Source: Raja brachyura (Eukaryota). Taken from it: 64,000 nt of DNA. Shown here one piece after another: positions 49,008-61,089 of the stretch. The stretch spans positions 5,642,001 to 5,706,000 of the forward strand of contig OY740811.1 in the NCBI GenBank assembly GCA_963514005.1. Reading direction: 5' to 3'. The position numbers and the translations under genes were made by a program. Each line of letters starts with the position of its first letter. Within the stretch, counting starts at the first letter, position 1. A model generated the notes under the pieces. That model ran no database searches. It saw only the letters and a program-made list of their open reading frames with translations, and had not been told where the DNA came from.

Positions 49008-49223
49008 AGCCCCTGTCCCACTTTCACAACCTAATTCATGACCTTTTTTACTTGTGGACATTTTTCATCAAGCTAGAAAAAACGCCCCGACCTACTTGAT
49101 GCCACGACTACCTACGACCTACCTACGACCTACCTACGGCCTTGTGACGACCATGCTGCGAGTATGAGTCTAGGGCAAACTCGGCATAGGTCGTGAATTA
49201 GGTCGTGAAAGTGGGAAAGGGGA
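49008..49223. mobile_element. Harbinger/PIF-type MITE
   Basis: Imperfect TIR CCCCTGTCCCACTTTCACAACCTAATTCATGACCT / AGGTCGTGAATTAGGTCGTGAAAGTGGGAAAGGGG; internal (ACCTACG)-type repeats. Confidence 0.82.
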
Positions 49224-50010
49224 GTCTGGTAATAATATTCACAGTCCACAGGTTACTGGGCACAAACTTGAGGTACTGGAGCGATTCCTTGTCTAGTAAC
49301 CATATTCTACATGGCAAGGTTGTGGGTTAGTGGTGGTAGGAGTGGTCACTGCCTTCTTACCAGGTAAGTAACAAATAAAATGGTAGAAGAAGAGTGAAAG
49401 AATTGGAAAGAGCCAACGGCTAAATATCTGGACTATTCCTGGCAAACGTTGCTGGGCACCCTAAGCCAAGTGTAAATTTTAGTACCTTCTCAGTTACATT
49501 CCATCCACTCCACTCCCCTTAACATAACTGAATCCACAAATGTTTATGTTCTTGATTGTACCATTTCCTCTTTGCTCTCCTGATGCATTTTCACTTTTTT
49601 TTAAAGTAATGTATCCTGTAAAACTAAGACACATCCCAAATACTAAGCAACAGTGGGTAACAGTGGAATTATTGTTGTGGGGTTCGTCTGGTTTTCATTA
49701 GAGAATGTAATAGGTCCAATTTCTGAGTTATGCTGCTTAGTCAGGTCTCCTTCATCATGTTATACGTTGGCAGTTAAGTAATGTGGCAGAGGGTTACTTC
49801 CGTTATAAAATAACAAATAGCACATTGTTAATTATTTTGGTGTCAATTAGCTCACAAGTTATAATGCTGGTGCCAACCTGCTAAAGTGAAGTCTATCACC
49901 TAGCCCCATTGTTAGGAATGGAAGTCTGTTGAGAGTCTATAAGTTGAAATAATTGCATCTTACAATAATAAAATCCAAGATGAAATTACTAACAGTGTAG
50001 GTCTTCATAA

Positions 50011-50679
50011 GATGGTGGGAGAGTCTAGGACCAGAGGACATAGGGTGCACTTTTAGAAGGGAGTTGAGGGTGAACTTCTTTAATCAGAGGGTAGTTAATC
50101 TGTGGAACTCATTGCCACAGAGGGCTGTGGAGGTCAAGTCTGTGGATATTTTTAAGGCAGAGATAGACAAATTCTTGATTAGAACTTAAGGGGTTGGACA
50201 GGCTAGATGCAGGGAGATTGTTCCCGATGTTGGGGAAGTCCAGAACAAAGGGTCACAGTTTAAGGATAAGGGGGAAATCTTTTAGGACCGAGATGAGAAA
50301 AACATTTTTCACACAGAGAGTGGTGAATCTCTGGAATTCTCTGCCACAGAAGGTAGTTGAGGCCAGTTCATTGGCTATAATTAAGAGGGAGTTAGATGTG
50401 GCCCTTGTGGCTAAAGGGATCAGGGGGTATGGAGAGAAGGCAGGTACAGGATACTGTGTCGGATGATCAGCCATGATTATATTGAATGGTGGTGCAGGCT
50501 CGAAGGGCTGAATGGCCTACTCCTGCACCTATTTTCTATGTTTCTATGAACGGGTGTCAAGGGTTATGGGGAGAAGGCAGGAAAATGGGATTAGGAGGCA
50601 AAGATCAGTCATGATTGAATGGCAGAGTAGACGCGATGGGCCAAATGGCCTAATTCTACTGCGACAGCTTATGAACTTG
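50011..50679 (+). mobile_element. CR1 3' end with a younger CR1/HER1 3' end nested at 50186-50547
   Basis: ORF 50194-50466 (RTKGHSLRI...FFTQRVVNLWNSLP). Outer element TTGATTAGAAC|GGGTGTCAAGG is rejoined on removal. Confidence 0.9.
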
Positions 50680-50936
50680 TAAGAAGGTTGGGGAAGGAAG
50701 CAAACATTCACCTAGTCAGGTCTGGCACCTTGATTTCCAGTCAGAGTCAGTGCCAATGGACATCAGAACAGATCATGGAAATCTGATGAAAGGTGTGTCA
50801 TGGTTTATGTTAAAAATATGAATTGTGCCACTTCCCGTCATTGGAACAAAGAATAAAGGCAGGTGGACCATCCGACATTGAATTTCTTCATTGGAAAAAC
50901 TTTTGCAAAGTCCTTCTGCAGCTTAACATCTGTAGT

Positions 50937-51212
50937 TGGCACAGCCTCAGAATAAAAGGATGTACCTTTAAAAAAGAGATGAGGAGGAATTACTGGAGCC
51001 AGAGGGTGGTGAATCAGACGACAGTGGAGGCCAAATCATTGGGTATTTATAAAGCGGAGATTGACAGATTCTTGATTAGTAAGGGCATCAAAGGTTCCGG
51101 GAGCAGGCAGGAAAATTGGGTTGAGAGGGAAAAATAGGTCAGCTATGATTGAATGGCGGACCGACGGATGGGCCAAATGAGCCTCATTTTGCTCCTATAG
51201 CTTATAAACATG
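50937..51212 (+). mobile_element. CR1 3' end
   Basis: HSLRIKG...EMRRNYWSQRVVN in ORF 50823-51137 plus CR1 tail. Confidence 0.85.
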
Positions 51213-51463
51213 ACATCCAGCATTTGCAATGTTTCATTTTAGAATATCTTTTATTTGAATAAAGCTTTGGATTGTATGTGTGTGATATACATTACTTGCT
51301 TCAGTCTTTTAGAGGAACTAGGGGTTGAATTTCTCTTTCGATCCTGTAGCTATTAAAGCTAAACAGGAAGTGGACCTGTGCTTGTGACACCAGGATGCTG
51401 GCTAATTTGTATTTATATTTCTGCTATTTATTCGCAAGTGAACCTGACCCAGGACATAACATG

Positions 51464-51895
51464 AGAACACAAGAGGCTGCAGATACGAGAATCTACAACA
51501 CAATGGCCAACATTGTATTCTCCAGTTTCAGGTAATCTCCTCTCCTTCTGATTGCTTGTTCTCTCATGCACGTCTTATTTTCTAACCCCCCCTGGCCCTC
51601 ATCACCCAGTTCCTTTCCCCTCTTCACCCACTTCTACCCCTATTCCCACCTGCTCCTGTTCCCATGGGGAAGGGTCTTGACCTAAAACGTCTGCACCCAT
51701 TCCTCTTCTCCAGAGATGCTGCCTGTCCCGCTGAGTTTCTCCAGCATTTGTGTCCACCCCTCTTCCCATGTACCCATCATCCCTCTCGCTGCTCTACACT
51801 TTACTTCCTCACCTTAGATTCCACCATGCTTATTAGATTCTAACATCTGCAACCCTTTGTCTTCTCCATTTCTCACCTCCAGCCTTCTCTCGCCC
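51464..51895 (+). mobile_element. PLE ORF end plus pyrimidine-rich 3' terminal region (younger PLE piece nested at ~51668-51757)
   Basis: CTACAACACAATGGC-CAACATTGTATTCTCCAGTTTCAGGTAA reads LQHNG-NIVFSSFR*, resembling a PLE GIY-YIG ORF terminus. Confidence 0.65.
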
Positions 51896-52199
51896 ACCTG
51901 ACTGACAAATTCCGGTTTTGAATGCTGAACTTGATCCAGGTAACTAGAAAATATTGGGGATCTTCTTCAGTTTCTCTGTGGCTCAGAGCTTCAATTGTCA
52001 GTGCAATAATGGCCACTGGAAAGAGCTCAGTCTTTTTCATGTCCATTCATGTCCATTCAATGGACTTTTCATATCCATTGCAATGGACAGTAATCTCTGT
52101 GGCAGGCAATTAAGGAGGATGGATACCTTCTTAAAGTTTCAATGACAACTTAATGCCTTTTTGGTCTTTCCCCACTGGAAACATGCAGGTTCAGTGCTG

Positions 52200-52295
52200 A
52201 CAAAGACACTAAATGCTAGAGTAACTCAGTGTCAGGCAGCATCCCTGAAGAACATAGGCAGGTGATCTTTCGGGTCGGGACCCTTATTCAGACTG
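52200..52295 (-). mobile_element. PLE terminal fragment
   Basis: TTTCGGGTCGGGACCCTTATTCAGACTGA. Confidence 0.7.
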
Positions 52296-52369
52296 AGACT
52301 GCTTTGTTCGGAAGTAAAAGCCCACCATTGCTTTCCATGTAAATTGCCACTGTGATTTAAATCTATGTG

Positions 52370-52673
52370 TTTTTTTTGGATACAACATGGAGACAGCCCT
52401 TTTGGCCTTCAAGTCCACGCCGACCATCGATCACCCATTCACACTAGTTCTATGTTATCGCACTTACACATCCACATTCTGTACACTAGGAGCAATTTAC
52501 AGAAGCCTACAAACCCGCACATCTATGGAATGTGGGAGAAAACTGGAGCACCCGGAGAAAACCCACGTGGTCACAGGTAGAATGAGCAAACCCCACATAG
52601 ACGGCATCCGAGGTCAGGATCAAACCTGGATCTTTGGTGCTTTAAGGCAGTAACTCTACCAACTCGGCCACTG
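52370..52673 (-). mobile_element. HE1/V-SINE
   Basis: GGAGCACCCGGAGAAAACCCACGTGGTCAC...GGTCAGGATCAAACCTGG...TAAGGCAGTAACTCTACC. Confidence 0.85.
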
Positions 52674-53384
52674 TTGGTTTAGTGGTATGATTCCATGTTC
52701 AGAAATAAAAACATTATATGAATTCTCACAGATTCCCCAAAGTGCTGATGGCGGGCGTGAGTGTTCTGATAGAGTTGGAAACTGCGTTTTCAATAGGGAT
52801 ATTGGGGCTTTCTTGGAGTTCACTTCTCACATTGTTAACTTGTTAAAATCACTTGATCTAATAACACACACAGCATGTATGACAGTATCTGCATACAAAT
52901 GTATGTCATGAACATTTGCGATTGAGTGATTACTCTTCAATATGGAGCCTATGCCAAATTAGGATGAGGCTGCAGAGAGAATCCTGCGCTGCCTGCTGAG
53001 TGAGGAATATGGTGATTTCTGACCGATTGCCATTGTGGACAATACCTTGGACCAACTGTGGGGAACATCAGTCAGGGCACTTGTCCTTGGTAGTTGGTCA
53101 AAGGCAAAGTTTATGTGAAAGAGACCACTTCAGTCCAATACTCCTCGTCGCTGGATGAGAACATTTGCATGTAACTAAGGCCCAACCCTGTGTGAAAAGA
53201 CTGTTAACGAGGTGAACTGTAGCATGGGACAGCTCAACAAGGAGAAGGCCAATAGAATTCTTTACTCAGATTGTTGAGAATGTTATTTCATGACTGCATG
53301 TAATGATTGATATGACTGGCATTAAGGAAAAACTAGACAACTACATTAGGGAGATAAGAAAAGAAATGTTGACAGTTTGGCGAG

Positions 53385-53595
53385 ACGAGTCGTTTGAGTT
53401 AAGTAAAATTCTTTATTTTAAACGATAACAAAGCGTTTAACACAACCTCGTTTGAGATCAGCCAAAAATACGAAGCTCCTGCTAACAGGGTGGAGCTTGA
53501 ATGAAGACTATACACAAACCCGCAAAAACACCATCGTGCCAGCCAATAGCGAGGCTTTGTGATGCCCCAAGCCACCACTAGGTGCCGCTACTGCA
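53385..53595 (-). mobile_element. Possible solo LTR or unclassified CpG-rich insertion within a decayed CR1 tail
   Basis: CpG-rich 200-bp block with minus-strand AATAAA (~53412), a CCAAT box and a ...TGCA right end; TSD not resolved. Confidence 0.35.
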
Positions 53596-53711
53596 GGATG
53601 ATTAGACACAGAAGGCGTAAATGGCCCAAGAGCATCATAAATATTGGTCAAGTAGCTGACACTAAATAGGCTATTCCGAAGCTACAATTGAATTGAACTG
53701 AATTAAAAGGA

Positions 53712-53975
53712 AGCAGGCTTTTCGATCCCTCCCATTCCACACTGACCATCGATCACCCGTTCACACATGATCTATGTTAGCCCACTACACACTAGGGGCA
53801 GTGTCCAGTGGCCAAATAATGTACAAACCCACAAGTCTTTGGGATGTGGGAGGAAATCAGTGCACCCGGAGAAAACCCAGGGAGATTGTGCAAACTCCAC
53901 TGTGACAGCACCCAAGGTCAGGATCGAACCCGGGTCGCTGTGATGCAGCAGCCCTACCAGCTGTGTCACTGTGCC
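53712..53975 (-). mobile_element. HE1/V-SINE
   Basis: GGTCAGGATCGAACCCGGGTC B-box region; V-domain. Confidence 0.82.
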
Positions 53976-54619
53976 ACTCTGAATGATACTTGCATTTCTA
54001 AATAATGCTTGCATTCATTATTCCTGTTAGTTTCCTTATGAATTGTGTTTGTCTGCCATTTTAATTGAAGTGTTAACTCACCAACTCTCAATGCTGTACC
54101 TCACCTGCTGACATACAAGGTGTTAATGTTAATAAACCTGGTCAGTGTAATAGCTATGCCTTCCCCCCTCCCCCACCCACGCCCCCCTTACATAAACACA
54201 CACACGCACACACAAAAGACATGGATCATATTTATGACAACAAGGCTCAAGGCAATTCTCAGGAGAAGGTCATAGCTAAAATAATTATTAATGAGTTGAA
54301 AGAACCAGCCTGATAATCAAATAATTGCTGCTAGGGTTCAGCATCTCATCCAGTTTAATTTTACACTGAAATAACTTAAAGTAATTATTAGCAACAAAAA
54401 TATAGGTTTTGATTTTGAGGACAAAGATCATTGATATAATCAAATCTGAGTCGCTCCATGCTCTGTTGCCTCTGACAAAAATTGAAACAATCTGCTCCGT
54501 TCTAAGAAGGAAATTAGTATAAAACAGGCCATAAGAAATGTCCATCTGTGCTTCCAACAATGTAACACTGATGTAAAATACTTAGACAAAGAGAGCAGGA
54601 ATGACTGGCCACCAGACAA

Positions 54620-54955
54620 CACATTTTATGGACTTGGATGTCCTGAAATACTTTATAAACCAATTATCAGCCACTTCTGTGATTTTGTTTTTGTGGTAAA
54701 AGAGAAAATGTGGTCGCCAGTTGTACGCAGCAAGGCTGCAGAAAAATAGCAAGAATGATAATGCTGGATGAGGGCCATTTTAATGATTATAGTGACGATT
54801 GTTATTGGCAAGATCATCAGCTCTCTTCCCCTCCTCCAATAAGTGCCATGAAATGTATCACATCTGAGTAAACAGGCAGGGCTTCAGTTTAACATCACAC
54901 CTTGCACTTGTTAATGTACTCAGTAGTCACTGGCATCCCAGCCTGGAAATTGTCA
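54620..54955 (-). mobile_element. Deu-domain SINE relic (SacSINE1-like)
   Basis: ATTGGCAAGATCATCAG...AGTGCCATG...CAGGGCTTCAGTTTAACATC...CTCAGTAGTCACTGG resembles a Deu-SINE as I recall it; decayed. Confidence 0.5.
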
Positions 54956-55089
54956 TCTTCGCTGGAAAATGCAATGCCTGGCCAGTTGCACCATATCTAA
55001 AGGCATATATATATACATATATATATACCCATGTCTCTCCGAAACATCTTAATTCAACAAAGTATCCTGGATAGTTGAAGTTTTGATCA

Positions 55090-55705
55090 AAAGACAAGCT
55101 TTGCTGGAGGAACTCAGCCTGTTGAGCAGCATCTGGGAGGGAAGAAATTGTCAATGTTTTGGGTCGAGACACTTTATCAGGACTGTTAATAGAAAGGTAA
55201 GATAGACATTACAAAGAGGAGAATGGTGTGATGAGACGGGACAGTAGGCGACAAGTGGACCGAGGAGGGGTGAAGGATGATAGTCAGATGGAGCCCGGGT
55301 GGGAGAGGGGTGGAGTTAGGAGGCAAAGGAAGGTGGGCGATAGGTGGAAACAAACAAGGGGGGAAAAAGACAGATGAAGCAGTGAGAGGGGAGTATATCA
55401 GGTGGAGTTAGAGGCAGATGCTGGAGAGCGATCAGCAGTAACACGAAGGCTGCAGATGCTGGAATGTGTGAGCTAAAGACGATGTTAGATAACAGGGACT
55501 ATTAGGCAGAGATGATGGAACCAAATTGGATCTGGTGGGTCAAATATGCGGGTAGTACGCGAATGGACTGGGGAGAATGAGGGAGGGTGATAGGGGGCTA
55601 GAGGGGAGGAACATTGGAAAGGCATCTACAATGGGAGGTCCAGAGGTGGATCAGAAGGAGAGAGATCAGGGACCTCAGGAGTTGTCTGAAATCAGAAAGA
55701 TGTTT
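55090..55705 (-). mobile_element. Longer PLE 3' terminal region
   Basis: Hammerhead variant on minus strand GTC-CTGATAAAGTGTCTCGACCCAAAAC-ATT-GAC, followed on the plus strand by a purine-rich terminal tract. Confidence 0.65.
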
Positions 55706-55789
55706 TGATATGTGGCAACAGGGGAGCTAATTTGCTGACATTGGATAAGGATGAATTGCAGGGTGCAAGGAATTGTTATTTTTAGTTTT

Positions 55790-56090
55790 ACTGTAGCTTT
55801 AGTTTTAGCGATACAGCACGGAAACAGGCCGTTCGGCACACCGAGTCCCCGTGCATTAACACTATCCTACACATGCTAGGAATAATCTGCACTTACTCCA
55901 AGACAATTAACCTACAAACCTGTACGTCTTTGGAGTGTTGGAGGAAACTGAAGATATCGGAGAAAACCCACGCGGTCACGGGGAGAACGTACGAACTCCG
56001 TACAGACAGCACCCGTAGTCGGGATTGAACCTGGGTCTCCAGCGCTGCAAGTGCTGTAAGGCAGCGACTCTACCGCTGCGCCACCGTGCC
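55790..56090 (-). mobile_element. Full-length young HE1/V-SINE
   Basis: Head GGCACGGTGGCGCAGCGGTAGAG (A box), GGTTCAATCCC (B box), V-domain, CR1-derived tail. Confidence 0.92.
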
Positions 56091-57199
56091 ACTGCAGCTT
56101 CAGCTGATTTTCACAATTTGGCAGATGAGAGGAATGATTCAACATCACAGAGGATGAATGGGAGCTCTGTGATCACTACATTAGGATGCATTTTGTGCTT
56201 TGGCCCTGAGGTGGAGCTTACACTCTTCCTGAGTCTACCGTGAATGTACGACCCATGAAACCAAGCTGACAGTCAGCCCATCTTTTTGTGTTAAGTTTAC
56301 TGACAGGTCCTCTGTACATTTTCAATATCTTTTGGTACCATTTTAGATTTTGATTCACTCTGCACTCTTCTTTCTAATGCCTGTTCTGCGTGTTCTCCTG
56401 CTGAGTAGCTCACTGTGTGTCAATTGCAGTGAGTGTCGAGGAGCCAGGGCAATGAGGAGTGAATCAATTCTGAGCTCTGAGATGATGTGTGATACCCATC
56501 CACTTACACCAACATCTCGTGCAATCATCTCCGCAGGATCCACTCACAAATACCTCAGGACGTTATGCCTCCACAGGGGTGGCCGTTTCATAAGGCACAT
56601 TATAAGCAAAGTGTTCAACCGTAAACATCCATGTTGAAATCTTACATAAACCACGCAAAACTGCAATAGGGTGCAGAGAAATTTGGGTATATAGAAATCT
56701 GTGTATATGACAGAGAATAGTGGGATCTAGGCAGGTATGTGAGAAATAATGCTGGCACACAGAATGATTACAAAGGATTATATATAGAATTATGGCTTAC
56801 ATGTCTATGAGTGATAGCTGGGCAAGAACACAACGGACGTGAACATGGGAAGAGGGGCAGTAGGCCTTTGGCTACTCAGGGTTTTTTTCACCATTAATGA
56901 GACCTAACTCCATCTGTAGTTCTTGAGGAGACTGCCCAGGTTTTCTAAGCGAGAATATTGTTGTCAGTGTGTTCCCAGTGTGTTACCTGATTATGATGCC
57001 AAATTCCACTCACCCTGACAAATCAATGTGGATTTTGGTTGCTAATTGTATGCAAAGCATGAAAGTACAATCAAACACAGAGAAACTATAAAGCTGATCA
57101 AATGTAGACAGAGATCGGGCCAAACCCTCACAACATTCATCACCCCTCCTGCTCTCCCAACACTCTTTATTAGTCACCCGTCAAATAAGGGAAAATTGA

Positions 57200-57703
57200 C
57201 TAGGGCATCATTTGCGCGTCTTGAGGGCACTGCTTCTTCTGGGAGCCATTTGTGATGTCGTTCGTACTTAGTCCGATCTCTGTGGCAAGAATTTTCCCAG
57301 TGAACATTTTTCAAAACTACGCCCGCTTTATACCCGGGTGGTCACGTGGTGCGGCGCTCAAATGACGCGCAATGGCGTGTCGACGGCTTATGGGCGGCGC
57401 ATGGTTACGAACGTTGATGCACGGAGCCGCATAATAAATTAGCATAGGCAATGTTCATGCGTCACCATGCGTCACCACGCTACACGTACACCGTCAGTAC
57501 GTCAGCGTACGGCATCAGTACATCAGCGTGCACAAGGGATACGTCATGCAGGTGGCACGCGAGGATTTTGAACAGTCCAAAATCCCGGGGCACCGCGCGG
57601 TACCGTGTGTCACCGCATACGCCACCACGCCTCACCACGCGTCACAACGCGCCAACCAATGTTTTGGATGTCGTGCAAATGACGCCCAAGTGGGACAGGG
57701 CCT
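57200..57703. mobile_element. Harbinger/PIF-type MITE, left end degraded
   Basis: Right TIR GCAAATGACGCCCAAGTGGGACAGGGCCT; partial left TIR TAGGGCATCATTTGCGCG at ~57201; CpG-rich interior. Confidence 0.7.
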
Positions 57704-58337
57704 TTAGTTTAGTTTACTTTAGTTTAGCAATACAGCATGGAAGCAGGCCCTTTGTCCCGCTGAGTCTGTACTGACCAATCATCACCTGCACACGTTCTAC
57801 TTTAGCCCAGTTTCACATCCTTCAGATGACCAGCAATTTATTGAAGACCTGCAGGTCTTTGGAGCATGGAAGGAAACTGGCACACCCAGAGTAAACCCAC
57901 GTGGTCACTGGAAGAATGTACATAGTCTGCAGAGACAGCACCCATAATCACGATCCAACCATCCGCTGTAATGGGCCTGTCCACAGTCAGGTGACTGCCG
58001 GCAACTATGACAATGGAATTCACCAAAGTTAGCACAACCTACGTCATCTGGTGCCAACCGATGACATCCTGGCGCCAGCCTACGTTAACCTGGCAACAAC
58101 GTAGGACAGCACCTACGTCAAGCTACGCTCAAGGGCGTCAAACCCACGGTCTCCGACAAAATTTCAACATGTTGAAAATCCAGTGGCGACCAGAAAGACG
58201 CTACGCCTCTTTGGGCGACTGAGGAGACAACTCACGCCCACACAGGCGACACCCCGGCGACTATGTGGTCGCCTAAAAAAATCACCAAAGTTGGACAGGC
58301 CCTTAAGACACCAACTCGACCCCTGCGCCACTGTGCC
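57704..58337 (-). mobile_element. HE1/V-SINE interrupted by a MITE
   Basis: CGCTGTAA|GACACCAACTC is rejoined on removal of 57972-58306. Confidence 0.8.
57972..58303. mobile_element. Harbinger/PIF-type MITE
   Basis: TIR GGGCCTGTCCA / TGGACAGGCCC; TAA TSD at 57969-57971 and 58304-58306. Confidence 0.85.
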
Positions 58338-58625
58338 ACACGCAGGAAATTACAATCGTTTTTCTCTTTTTATCCTTACCCTTTCATAGCCTCATGCCAC
58401 GTCATAACAATTTTAGGACAGAATTATTAAAGATTTATGATTCATACACCTCCTGTGTCAGAGGTGGGGCACAACACAACCCAGGAGACAAACATCAAAC
58501 ATTCATTTGATGTCGATCTCCAAGAGGAAAAGAGACACAAAGTGCTGAGTGTGCATGCTGACAAACAAAGCCAGAATGTGACTTGTGCATCTGGAGGCTG
58601 TGTGGGGCGGGTGGGAGAAGTGGCG

Positions 58626-58811
58626 GGTCGGGTGGTGGTCGGGTGGTGGTCGGGTGGTGGTCGGGTGGTGGTCGGGTGGTGGTCGGGTGGTGGTCGGGTG
58701 GTGGTCGGGTGGTGGTCGGGTGGTGGTCGGGTGGTGGTCGGGTGGTGGTCGGGTGGTGGTCGGGTGGTGGTTGGGTGGTGGTCGGGTGGTGGTTGGGTGG
58801 TGGTTGGGTGG
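58626..58811. repeat. 11-bp G-rich minisatellite (CGGGTGGTGGT)n
   Basis: About 16 tandem copies; explains the repetitive ORFs 58437-58939. Confidence 0.96.
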
Positions 58812-61089
58812 GGATAAATGTGGAGGGAAAAATCTGTCCATTTTCCATTTCTTCTGGCATTGCTGGCCAAAGGTGTGACAAATACAATGAACTCATCGCA
58901 AAACTGGAAAGGCAAAGAAAGGCTGGATGCCCTTCCTAAATGTCAGCACACGCACTACTCTCTCAGAGCCACCCTTGCAAGAGTAACTCTTCACGCGACA
59001 CAATCGTTGAAGATGATTGATCCTAATTTTGCACCAGTAATTACAATGCATAAGTTGCCTTCCTCTGCATTCTCAATATGCCGTTTTGAAATTGCTTGCT
59101 CTATATGCCTCAAATATCTAACATCCTTTTTTTCTGTACTGTTTTGCAAGACAAATTAACATATCATGTCCTGAAGAGTAAACTTGAATCCCTTTACCCA
59201 GCCCACTAACAGAGGCGTTCTGGTGAAAATACTGTAATTACTTTTTAACAAAAAGCAATAGAAAAATATTGATTCTCTATTGTGTAGTCATGATACATAA
59301 TTATGGAATATTGGTCCTAAAAGCCCTTCTGGGCCTCATATACATGTTTCAATCATTGTCTGAATCTGAAATCTGTTAATAGCTATGCAACTCCATCTTG
59401 AAAGTTAGTTGAATCCATGGCTCATTGATATTCCCTTGAATTATGTTTTATTATGTTGTTTAAAAGACAAGATGTATAAGGGGCAAAGGCAGATTAGTTG
59501 GGAGTGAGGTAGGGTCTGGGCTGAAGGGCCTGTTCTTATACTGTACTGGAATATGACCATCATGGTGTCTAATGTCAACTTTAGGTATTACATACAAGGG
59601 CACGACAACATCCTTTTATTTAATGCCAGAATTATACTGGATTAACCAACATTTTTATCACCTTCAACAGAATAAAACCTCAGAAAGAAACTCATCATTT
59701 GAACATGTTAAACACTGGTTAGCTTGTCAAGGTTCTAAAAGTATTATCAGGCAAAATGGCTTAGTGTGTAAAATAAGGCGTGCCTTTTTTTCAGTGGGTC
59801 CTTGGCCAAGTTGGCTCAAATTTTGAAAAACAGCAGCCAAGAAGTAATGTTGTTAGCATTTTCCTCAACTTGCTGGTGGCAATGCCAACAACTGAACAGA
59901 ACGTAGAGGAGGGTTAGGTTAATATGGAGAGCACTCCCAAAAATGCTCACTGGTGCCAAAGCAAATGAATCTTCAAGTTCCTGGGAAATGAAATAAAGGA
60001 TTTGTACCACAGCAAGGAAAGTACAACTCGGAGGCAACGTAAAGCAACCTAGCACTCAAAATTAAGTGATTTGGAGACATTAGCCCAACAAAACGTAGGT
60101 TTTGTCCGCAATTAGTGGCTTGCAGTGTTTGGAAGAACACACTCAGTTGGTAACTGTTCAAAATCCCTGCATTTTAAATAAAGATTACTGAAATGCTCGT
60201 GAGAAGCCAAAGGGAAACTGGAGACTTTCCTCGACTGGCCAATTAGAAGATTGATTGACTTAATTTTTTTTTAAAGTCTGGTTCATAAAACATCTTTGTT
60301 TGGGGAAAATATAACATTTATAGTGGACAGTTCATGAAATGTAAATTAAAAAATATAATCAAATATCACTATTAACTTCTCAGTCCCAGTAAAATTTTTT
60401 GCAAATGTTTTAAAATCTATTTTTTCCCTTTTCTTCTGCTTTTTCACTTCCAGATATATTTTGCTGTCTGTCTCCCGTTGCCACATTTTCCTGTTCGAGC
60501 TGGGAGGGCTGTTTGCTGCGCCAAGTCTCCTCGCTCTGCCTCCCTTCCCTTCCCCATACTGCATGTCAGCAGGACTGAGAGCTGGCACGCCTCGCCCTGT
60601 GAACAGAAGGAAGTCTCAGCTCCAGGGCCCGGAGTGTTTTTCATTCCTAAATACTTCTAGCTTTCCATTATTTTTCTACGAAGAGTACCATAGCAGTCAT
60701 GGTACTGAACTAGATTAGCCATTCAGAAGTTGTGGCCGCAAACCACATCATTCCACTGAATTCATTGACCAGTGCCTCACATCAGAAACATTATTATTCA
60801 ACCATTCAACCTCCTGAGTAGTTGCATAAATGTAACTAGTAAACTGGTGGCAAAATACGTTTGCTATGCTGATCCTACTAGATGTACAGTAAATCCGCCT
60901 TCCATTCCGTGCAGTGGTTTATTTTTCTGCTCCCAACACTGAGGCCACAAAAACCAACGTCGCAGTTTTGCCGGGCTAATTTAATGCTGAGCATTGCTTG
61001 GACCCATTGCCTCCCTAACCGATGTGGTTCAGCTGTTCACCAAGTAATCTTGTTGCAGCTATTGAAGGAGAGATTTACCATTCAGTTTT

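Noticed and set aside
56015-56090. tRNA gene (A and B boxes)
   Set aside because: tRNA-derived head of a HE1 SINE, continuous with the V-domain and LINE tail.
58437-58939. Long Pro/Thr/His-rich and Gly/Val/Trp-rich ORFs on both strands
   Set aside because: Produced by the stop-free 11-bp minisatellite; no evidence of coding.
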